From the NCBI RefSeq assembly GCF_006345805.1, contig NC_043008.1:35588001-35652000 (forward strand): a stretch of 64,000 nt of DNA. The letters are read 5' to 3'. Position numbers and translations under genes: made by a program. The notes beneath the pieces are model-generated. The model had not been told where the DNA came from. It saw only the letters and a program-made list of their open reading frames with translations, and did no database searches. This stretch comes from Octopus sinensis. Its lineage: Eukaryota. Shown here piece after piece: positions 53,338 through 64,000 of the stretch (position 1 is the first letter of the stretch; each line of letters starts with the position of its first letter).

Positions 53338-55678
53338 ATATATATATATATATACACACAATGGGCTTCTTTCAGTTTCTATCTGCCAAATCCACTCGCA
53401 AGGCTTTGGTTGATCTGGGGCTGTAGAAGAAGACACTTGCCCAAGGTACCATGCAGTGAGACTGAACCCAGAACCCATTAGGAAGCAAACTTCTTAACAC
53501 ACATCCACGCCTCCACCACCCATAATTAACTAAATTACCTACATTACCACCACCCCATCACTAATTAGATCATCCACTTAATAACAACTTCATAATTAAT
53601 TAGGTCACTTATTTTGAAAATAACCACCCCAGTACTTATTAGCTTGCCTACTTTCACTACATGTACTCCATGACTAATTGGGTCACACACACCCCACCAC
53701 CCTCTAATTAGGTCACATAGAAAGCAGCAATAACCTGCTCTGTCCAATGAGCAATCATTTTCTACTCTAGGCACAAGGCCTGAAATTTTGGGGGAGGGGA
53801 CCAGTCAATTAGATCGACCCCAGTATGCAACTGGTACATAATTTATTGACCTCGAAAGAACGAAAGGCAAAGTCGACCTCAGTGAAATTTTAACTCAGAA
53901 TGTAAAGACAGATGAAATACCACTAAGCATTTCGCCAGGCATGCTAACGTTTCTGCCAACACTTAAGTATTATACATCTGATTCCTCTGTTACCCATTTT
54001 TTCTCTTAACCCTTTTGTGCTTTTATTCAGACACACAAGCATAACCCATCCAGGGGAACATGTCTGCTTCATTTCTTTCTAGCTTTCACTGATCTTCTAC
54101 ATTCAAAGCCCATTTTTCACTATCACACAACATTCCATTTCATACATTAACATCATACATATTATCCTTTCCTCTTTGTGAGAAACCTTTAGTTTACAGC
54201 AGAAACAACAACTCCTTCAACATTTTCTACATTTTCCACTTTCCCTCTCAACACTATCATTGGAAACAACTACCCCCACCCACAGCTGATTCAATCACCT
54301 TGGTAATAAGAGCCATCAATTCTCCTTGTAGGGACTCTCAAGGCATTAGGCATCTGAACAGATATCCTTACTGTTGACTTTATATCATCCACTTATGAGA
54401 AGAAAGGGTCTGCTTCTCTATCGGCCGGACCCTGATCCACACACAGTTCCTGTGCATCCATGAAGAGTTGTAGGATCACAGGCAGGCTGACATACATTAC
54501 AGATATATATATAATATATATATATATATACACACAATGGGCTTCTTTCAGTTTCTATCTGCCAAATCCACTCGCAAGGCTTTGGTTGATCTGGGGCTGT
54601 AGAAGAAGACACTTGCCCAAGGTACCATGCAGTGAGACTGAACCCAGAACCCATTAGGAAGCAAACTTCTTAACACACATCCACGCCTCCACCACCCATA
54701 ATTAACTAAATTACCTACATTACCACCACCCCATCACTAATTAGATCATCCACTTAATAACAACTTCATAATTAATTAGGTCACTTATTTTGAAAATAAC
54801 CACCCCAGTACTTATTAGCTTGCCTACTTTCACTACATGTACTCCATGACTAATTGGGTCACACACACCCCACCACCCTCTAATTAGGTCACATAGAAAG
54901 CAGCAATAACCTGCTCTGTCCAATGAGCAATCATTTTCTACTCTAGGCACAAGGCCTGAAATTTTGGGGGAGGGGACCAGTCAATTAGATCGACCCCAGT
55001 ATGCAACTGGTACATAATTTATTGACCTCGAAAGAACGAAAGGCAAAGTCGACCTCAGTGAAATTTTAACTCAGAATGTAAGACAGATGAAATACCACTA
55101 AGCATTTCGCCAGGCATGCTAACGTTTCTGCCAACACTTAAGTATTATACATCTGATTCCTCTGTTACCCATTTTTTCTCTTAACCCTTTTGTGCTTTTA
55201 TTCAGACACACAAGCATAACCCATCCAGGGGAACATGTCTGCTTCATTTCTTTCTAGCTTTCACTGATCTTCTACATTCAAAGCCCATTTTTCACTATCA
55301 CACAACATTCCATTTCATACATGAACATCATACATATTATCCTTTCCTCTTTGTGAGAAACCTTTAGTTTACAGCAGAAACAACAACTCCTTCAACATTT
55401 TCTACATTTTCCACTTTCCCTCTCAACACTATCATTGGAAACAACTACCCCCACCCACAGCTGATTCAATCACCTTGGTAATAAGAGCCATCAATTCTCC
55501 TTGTAGGGACTCTTCAAGGCATTAGGCATCTGAACAGATATCCTTACTGTTGACTTTATATCATCCACTTATGAGAAGAAAGGGTCTGCTTCTCTATCGG
55601 CCGGACCCTGATCCACACACAGTTCCTGTGCATCCATGAAGAGTTGTAGGATCACAGGCAGGCTGACATACATTACAG

Positions 55679-55680
<2 letters not shown>
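53338..55680. repeat. Direct tandem duplication, two units of about 1176 bp
   Basis: Identical ORFs at 53565 and 54741. By eye about three differences between units (1 bp A deletion near 55080, T/G near 55323, 1 bp T insertion near 55513). Junctions lie in (TA)n. Confidence 0.95.
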
Positions 55681-55717
<37 letters not shown>

Positions 55718-56379
55718 TATATGTATATATATATATATATATACACACACACATATATGTATATATATATATAGATAGACAGATAGATAGATAGATAACA
55801 CTGAGAATGTGTGTGTGTCAGTCTGTCTGTCTATCAAACTGATTTCATTGATATTTTACACATACTTACTCAGGTCCATGGAGTGTTATGGGCCAAAAAA
55901 AATTTCAGCTTTTTGCCTAATGCAAGCCCAGAGCAATCGCTTATTTCTTACACTGTTTTGATATTACATGACAAAAGTGAAACAATAACATTATTATATA
56001 GCTAGGTATGGTCATAGATACTGTCAACATTTTAGGAGTAGTATAAAGTAACTGTCTATAAAGAAGGCTGTGTAATGGAAGACTCCAAATCAAGATGTTA
56101 ATTACCAGCTAAAGGGGCAAGACGCTAAAAAAGCCTATGATGTTAAGACAGAAGAAATTTTACCATGGAGTACTATGGGTGATTGTTTATACACAATATT
56201 CTTATGTTGTATAAAGATAAAATTGAGGATTATCAAAAATGATATCATAACCAAATCCTGTTGCATAGCCGCAATCACATAACTGAAGCAAGTAAAACAA
56301 TGAAAAAACTATGCCATTTTAATCCCTATCATCTCTGCTAGTATATATATATATATATAATATATATATATATATACAT

Positions 56380-56412
<33 letters not shown>

Positions 56413-56484
56413 CATACACACACACATATATATATATACACATACACACACACACACACACACATAGATAGATAATTAGATAGA

Positions 56485-56532
<48 letters not shown>

Positions 56533-57058
56533 AAGATAGATAGATAGGTAGATAGATATGTATATATATATGTGTGTGTGTGAATATATATATATATATA
56601 TATTTATGGAAATATAAATATGGATATATATATACATATATATTGATATGTGTGTGTGTGTGTGTGTGTGTATGGATATATATATATTATAGCCTCAGGC
56701 CAACCAAAGCCTTGTGAGTGGATTTTCTACATGGAAACTGAAAGAAAACTATCATATATATGTGTATATTTGTGCGTTTGTGTGTGTGTGTCTGTGTTTG
56801 TACCACCATCATTGCTTGACAAACAATGTTGCTGTTTTTACATTCCAATAACTTAGTGGTTTGGCAAAAGACACAGATAGAATAAGAACTAGGCTTACAA
56901 CGACTAAATACTACGGGTGATTTATCTGACCAACAGCGTTGCTCCAGCATAGCCGCAATCACATGACTGAAGCAAGTAAAACAATGAAAAACCTATGCCA
57001 TTTCAATCCCTATCATCTCTGCTAGTATATATATACATACATACGAACATACATACAT

Positions 57059-57106
<48 letters not shown>

Positions 57107-57108
<2 letters not shown>

Positions 57109-57590
57109 TCATCATCATCATCATCATCATCATTTAGCGTCCGCTTTCCATGCTAGCATGGGTTGGACGGTTCAACTGGGGTCTGTGAAGCTGGAAGGCT
57201 TCGTCAGGCCCAGTCAGATCTGGCAGTGTTTCTACGGCTGGATGCCCTTCCTAACGCCAACCACTCCATGAGTGTAGTGGGTGCTTTTTACCTGCCACCC
57301 GCACAGGTGCCAGACAGAGCTGGCAAATGGCCACGAACGGATGGTGCTTTTACGTGTCACCAGCATGGGGGCCAGGTGATGCTGGCAACGGACATGAACG
57401 GATGGTGCTTTTACGTGCCACCAACACGGGGGCCAGACATAGCTGGCAAACGGCCATGAACGGATGGTGCTTTTACGTGTCACCGGCACGGGGGCCAGGC
57501 GAGGCTGGCAACGGACATGAACGGATGGTGCTTTTACGTGCCACCGACACGGGGCCAGACAGAGCTGGCAAACGGCCACGAACACACACA
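57107..57590 (-). mobile_element. RTE 3' UTR copy with expanded internal 61-62 bp tandem repeat
   Basis: Shares ccatgctagcatgggtt, tttctac.gctggatgcccttcctaa.gccaaccactcc and the (CAT)n tail with 59334-59660. ggatggtgcttttacgtg occurs at 57339, 57400, 57462 and 57523. Confidence 0.78.
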
Positions 57591-57819
57591 CATATATATA
57601 TATATTCTTTTTTACATATACATATGTATTATTTTATGTGCTCTTTGCTACATGTATATACACACATGTATATACTGAGTTCAGGTTTTAAAGTTTCATG
57701 ACAAAATTTTTGCTTTCAAAACATGTATGTGTGTTTGTGTATGTGTAAGTACTCCTTATAATAGGTTTTCCTTTTTCATTTCTTTCAAATTTTACCTTTG
57801 TTGTGAGGGGGCTGGCACT

Positions 57820-57853
<34 letters not shown>

Positions 57854-58419
57854 CTCTCTCTCTTGTGTACACACACACACTCACACGTGCATGCACACAC
57901 TGCATGAATATAAATTTATAATAGATAATTTCATAATCTATTTTATATTCCCCTGTACATTGCAAGCATTTTGTTTGTTTTTGAGTTCTATTTCCGTTGC
58001 TTTTAAATGATCCATTACTTCATCTCCTATGATCATCTTCAATTCTTGACATTTATTGGATTAGACCAGCTGCCATCTTGTCAACAATAAGGTTTTCATT
58101 GAGGGTGATTTCCACAAATTCCTCTTCTCACATTTTCCAAAATACACTACAAGAATATCTTAAAATCTGCATCTTTTTTTTTTCAGTTTTTTTTTGTTTC
58201 CTTTTTATGTCAGTGTTTATTTTTTATCCTTTACTTGCTTCAGTCATTGAACTGCAGCTATGCTGGAGCAACTCCTTGAAGTGTTTAGCGTAACAAACTG
58301 ACCCCAGTCAGTACTTATTTTTTAGGTCTGCTTCTTATTCTAGCAATCTGTTTTACCAAACTGCTAAGTTTCAAAGATGTAAACAAACTGGCACTGGTTG
58401 CTAAGCAATGAGAGGAGAA

Positions 58420-58466
<47 letters not shown>

Positions 58467-58848
58467 CTTTTATCTTTTACTTGCTTTAGTCATTGGACTG
58501 CAGCCATACAAGAGCAACACTTTGAAAAGGTTTTAGTCAGATGAACCAACCTGAGTGCTTTTTCTGTTTTTCAGTCATTCTCTTTTGTGGAAGTGCTAAG
58601 TTAGAGGGATGTAAACAAACCAATACCCATGAGAGAGGGGAGCTAAGACAAACAAAAACACACACACACAAACACACATGCACACACACACACACTTGCA
58701 TGCATATGAAATGGAAGGGTTTCCAGCATTGCACTGGATTTATAAGGGTTTGCAAAACATCTGAGAAGTTCCTGCAGTTTCTGCATGAGGGGCAAAGCAC
58801 CTCTGATATTTATTTTACCATTTATGTGTGTGTGCGTGTGTGTGTGTG

Positions 58849-58880
<32 letters not shown>

Positions 58881-59333
58881 ATGTGTATGTGTGTGTGCAT
58901 GTGTGTGTGTATGTGTGTGTCTTCATGCATGTGAGATGGGGCTTCCACACAATTTCCATCTCTCAAATTCATTCACAAGGCATCGGTCAGCCAAGAGCTC
59001 TTTAAATTTGAAACAATCACCATCTCCTAACTGGCTGCTGTCCATCAATTCTTCTTCTATGCTGACTGTCATTGGTAGCTTTAAAAAGTACAGTGCTGCA
59101 CTGAATTGGTAAAGCATCATATTAAATGCTCTAAGTCTTTTGAACTACGACCTTTTATGCTTTCTGTTCAGATCCTAACAAGGTACACTTTCTTACTCAG
59201 CCTTATCAGAGTTGATAAAATGAAGTACACATTATATTCTGTGTTGATTTCATTAGCACATTTCTAGATATAAATAAAACTATAACAGGATAGAAAAGAA
59301 TTCCTCCAAAGTAAGTACCTCCATATTCTTCAA

Positions 59334-59995
59334 CATCATCATCATCGTTTAACGTCCGTTTTCCATGCTAGCATGGGTTGGACTGGAGTCTGGGAAGCCA
59401 GGAGGCTGCACCAGGCTCCAGTCTGATCTGGCGGTGTTTCTACAGCTGGATGCCCTTCCTAATGCCAACCACTCCATGAGTGTAGTGGGTGCTTTTTACA
59501 TGCCACCGGCACAGGGGCCAGGGGAGGCTGGCAACAGCCACAATCAGTTGATGCTTTTTACATGCCACCGGCACAGAAGCCAGCCAAGGTAGCGCTAGCA
59601 TCAGCCACGTTCGGATGGTGCTTATGTGCCACCGGCACAGGTATCGCAACTACAATTCCATTTGATTTTTATTTTGATGTTGATGTACTTGACTCATTAG
59701 GTCTCCTCAAGCACAGCAGGTCACCCCACAATCCAAGATAAGCACTGCAGGCCATCCTGCAGCCCATTCAAGGTACTTTGAATGGGCTGGGGCTGGTTGT
59801 GTGAAGCAGGTGTAAGATACAGCCATGAACTCACTTTATTTGTCGGGTCTTCACAGTCACAGCATATTTCCATAGGTCTCGGTCTTTCGTCATTGCCTCT
59901 GTGAGGCCCAACATTCAAAGGTCATACTTGACCAACTCATCCCACGTCTTCGTCTTCCTGGGTCTACCTCAACCCTGGATTCTTTCAACTGTTTG
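59334..59995 (-). mobile_element. RTE LINE 3' end (last codons, 3' UTR, (GAT)n tail)
   Basis: G*GRPRKTKTWDELVKYDL*MLGLTEAMTKDRDLWKYAV, then UTR with TTAGGAAGGGCATCCAGC and a (GAT)n tail. Confidence 0.82.
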
Positions 59996-60535
59996 AGAGT
60001 TTCAAATAACAATGTTACAAATAAAGTGCAAAACTAGGGATGCAGCATGCTACATGAAGAGCAAAGAGTGAAACAGAGGGACATTGACACAGTGTATATA
60101 GAAGAAATGGCCCTTAAGGGGCCATATGTGAATGACTCAAAGTGAATTGGGATGTGTATAACTGAAATAGGCCAACATCTATAGTCAACCAACATGCAAT
60201 AGATAAACATGAGAACTGAGGAAATGTCAAAATTATAATCCTTTCAGCATATTCATGTGATCTGATACTCAAAGAGTCCACTGAAAGAATGCACATACCA
60301 GAAAGAGAAGACAAACTCACCTATATACTCAACGGAAGTGGGAAAAATAACAGATCCACCACCACCATCACCACCACAGCCCAGACAGGTTAACTAAGCA
60401 ACAACTAACAACAAAAGTGTGTGTATGTACATATATATATATATACACACACACACATACACAGAGTTTTAGTTGTGTGCGAATGTGTGTGGGGGGATAT
60501 ATGCATGTGTGTGTGTATCTATATATAAATCCTTT

Positions 60536-60933
60536 TATTCTTTTATTTGTTTCAGTCATTTGACTGTGGCCATACTGGAGCACCACTTTTAGCACTTATT
60601 CTATCGGTTTCTTTTGCCAAACCACTAAGTTACAGGACGTAAACACACCAGCATCGATTGTCAAGCGATGGTGAGAGGACAAACACAGACATACAAATAC
60701 ATACATATATACATACATACATATATACATACATACATATATATATAGATATAGATATATATATACGACAGGCTTCTTTCAGTTTCCGTCTACCAAATCC
60801 ACTCACAAGGATTTGGTGGACCTGAGGCTATAGTACAAGACACTTGCCCAAGGTGCCACACAGTGGGATTGAACCTGGAACCATGTGGTTCATAAACAAG
60901 CTAGTTACCACATCACACAGCCACTCCTGTGCC
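60536..60933 (-). mobile_element. SINE family A, full-length copy, partly CpG-decayed
   Basis: Colinear with 12066-12477. Confidence 0.8.
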
Positions 60934-61801
60934 TATATATATATATATATAAATATAAATATACGATGATGATGATGATGATATATATATACATACATAT
61001 ATATATATATATGTGTATATATATATATATTTATATATATATATATATACATACATATATATACATACACACACACACCCATACAGCACTCATTTATTTT
61101 AATCAAAAATATTAAAAGTTACAATAAAAGTAATATCATAGCTATGATAAATGTATTATTATGATTAATGACAGAAAATATCAAAAATGAGGCTAACTAA
61201 TTTAAGGTGCTAATAATTTTAATGAATTAAATATTATAACATTGAGGTGACACCTACTGTATACCTACATTTTCACACCCCCACCCTTTATATATATATA
61301 CATATATATATATAAGTAAGGTTTATCACCACTTAGACATGGCTGTTCTGTAGGAACCCATGTTACTGCAATTTTTAACCCCAGGAAGATACCTCCTTCT
61401 GCTAGTTAGTCAATACAATTTGTACCATATATATTGCAAGCAAAGGAGTGAAGCCCTACCATCTTCTAGCCATAAGATCAGACCCTGGTAGGATGAAAAG
61501 ACTAAGTTGCCCTTGATAGGATTTGAACATGGAGTACAGAGAACGGGAACAAATACTGAAAGGTATTGTATTCAACACTCTAATGATTGCCTCCACATAC
61601 ACACACATATATTATATATATATATATACACACACAACCATACATACATGCACATGTACACACACACACACACATACACATATATATTTTATATATATAT
61701 ACACACACACAACCATACATAGATGCACATGTACACACACACACACGCACACATATATTGACAAATATATCCAAATTATATATATGTGTGTATATATATA
61801 C

Positions 61802-61834
<33 letters not shown>

Positions 61835-62222
61835 TGTATCTATGTATGTATGCATGTTTGTATGTATGTATGTATGTATGCATGTTTGTATGTATGTATG
61901 TATGTATGTATGTATACACACACACTCTCTCTCTCTCTCTTTCTCTCATTTCCCCCTCTCCCCTCTCTGCTAGTCTAGGTGTGTTCCTCTCACTGGGGAT
62001 GTCATCAAGTGAAAATTCATTTAGGCAGGTGATCCGTCATATCAACAATGGTGATGCCCACACATGGTGAGTTATTATCATTCTCTCCTCAAAGAAAACC
62101 CACATGGGAACCACAAGGAAACTTCAAGGAAGTGAATAATCATTATCTCTGCCACTTCATCATTATTAAGGGCTTCTCCTGACTGCCATAGATTGTATAA
62201 TTATATATATACATATATATAC

Positions 62223-62280
<58 letters not shown>

Positions 62281-63344
62281 TCTCCCTATGTGGAGATGAA
62301 ATGCAAATACAACTCATCACCCCCCGACCGTTCACATTCTCTTGCCTCCATCCATAGTCCTGACAACACTTACTCATCATTACTCAGACTATTACAGCAA
62401 TGATGAAACTTCTTTGCTCAGCTTCCAAGCTAACCACCCCACCCTGTGCCATGGAATCTACCACTGTCAATCCTTTCCCCACTTCTACCATAGAGATAGC
62501 CTCGCCCCAATTACCTCACAAAAAAATATGGAGTAAACTGCAACATTTACAAGTAATTAAATATATTACCGTGTCGTCATAGAGGGCTGATGTGATGTTT
62601 GCAAGTCACTGAGAAACAGGGAAGAAGGCAACCTGCCTAAGACAGCAGGAACTCTGAATAAAATTCTTCACAGGAGAGATGTTGCCTCAGAAAGCTACAG
62701 TGAAGAAAACCTGGCAAAGAGGGAAGCACACAGAAAAAAAAATTGATTCAGTGTTGAGGAGATACATCAGCCCCTACCAGACAATATTTTTAATGAAGGT
62801 GGGATGATCAAATGCACTTGTACTATGCTATAAAGTGGTTTGTGAAAGGAAGGACATAACAACTGTATAAAAACAAAGTGATGCTTAAAACATAACAGTA
62901 AAATCAATAATTGTGAATGCATGGTTAACACTTACCATGTTAATTCTATACATAGTAGTTGGGTGGCCAGGCTGGAGCAGCTGGTCGTATCATCATCATC
63001 ATTTTAATGTCTGCTTTTCAATGCTTACATGGGTCAGACAAAATTCCGTGAGGCAAATTTTCTACAGCTGGATGTCCTTCCTGTAGCTAGTCAATTCTTT
63101 CCAAGAAAGGTAACATTTCCCCATGGTCAAAAATTTCTTTCACATAAGATTGGAAACAAATGACACTACTTATTAGATATTGACATTTGTTTGCAATTAT
63201 CATGTGATGCTGAAGAAAGGAGGCACACATACACACACACACGTGTGTGTATGTGTGTGTGTGTAACAGGCTTGTTTTTAGTTTTTGTCAACCAAATCCA
63301 CTCACAAGGCTTTGGTCAGCCTAGGGTTATAATTATTATTTATT

Positions 63345-63648
63345 TATGCCCCTTTTTCAAGCCTAGCCAGGCTCATGGTTCCAGTTTCCCGGTTTCTGAG
63401 GCGTATGTGTTCCCATCAGCTGGATGGGATGCCAGTCCATCGCAGCGTTACTCAAGAAACAGGAAAAGAGTGAGAGAGAAAGTTGGGGCGAAAGAATACA
63501 ACAGGGGTCGCCACCATCCCCTGCCGGAGCCTCGTGGAGCTTTTAGGTGTTTTCGCTCAATAAACACACACAATGCCTGGTCTGCGTATCAAAACCGTGA
63601 TCCTCCAACCGCGTGTCCACTGCCCAAACCACTGGGCCATTGCACCAC
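63345..63648 (-). mobile_element. SINE family C (CpG-decayed copy)
   Basis: Colinear with 40680-40975; many differences are CG to TG or CA. Confidence 0.8.
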
Positions 63649-64000
63649 CACAGGGTTATAATAGAAGACATATAAATATGAATGAGTCAGTTATTGGTGG
63701 TGAGGAGTGTAAATGTAATGAATATCCTTCCCTGACATGGACAGAAAAATAGAAGTGCGGAAATGCTGCCCTGCAAGGTTGGTGAATGAGAGGGATGTGT
63801 AAGAGAAAGAAGGTCAACACCAACTTGACCCAACAAAAAAGATGACCAGTCATTTAAAGTGAGAGCTGTATGACATAACTAAAGTAAATGATGTATGAAT
63901 AAGAGATACAAAAGGACCACAAACTGGAAAGGCTTTGAATGTAGAAGGTGGAAAAAAATTTGTTAGAAAGAAGCACAACCATAAAATATATTCCTTCACA

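Overview
This is AT-rich eukaryotic DNA with very dense microsatellites and transposable elements. The SINE, RTE, Penelope and mariner repertoire matches, from memory, an octopus (coleoid cephalopod) genome; this was not checked by search. Almost all ORFs in the supplied track are microsatellite artefacts (MYVC, IHTY, YI, CV, poly-I/T/L). One convincing host gene is present: an ankyrin-repeat plus SOCS-box (ASB) protein whose coding region lies in a single minus-strand exon (about 44059-44926) behind a textbook splice acceptor. Mobile elements include a 5'-truncated CR1/L2-type LINE with an uninterrupted 2.5 kb frame, an R4/Dong-like 3' fragment, several RTE 3' ends, several Penelope-like remnants, Tc1, mariner and maT-like elements with TIRs, MITEs and at least four tRNA-derived SINE families. 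Four signals stand out. (1) CpG-rich repeat copies switch to CpG-decayed ones near 42 kb, at the ASB 3' end, suggesting a germline-methylated gene body running to the window end. (2) Four minimal hammerhead-ribozyme-like motifs occur in Penelope-associated or short repeats. (3) A near-identical 1.18 kb tandem duplication is bounded by (TA)n. (4) Several fold-back repeat pairs are present, some inside the presumed pre-mRNA.
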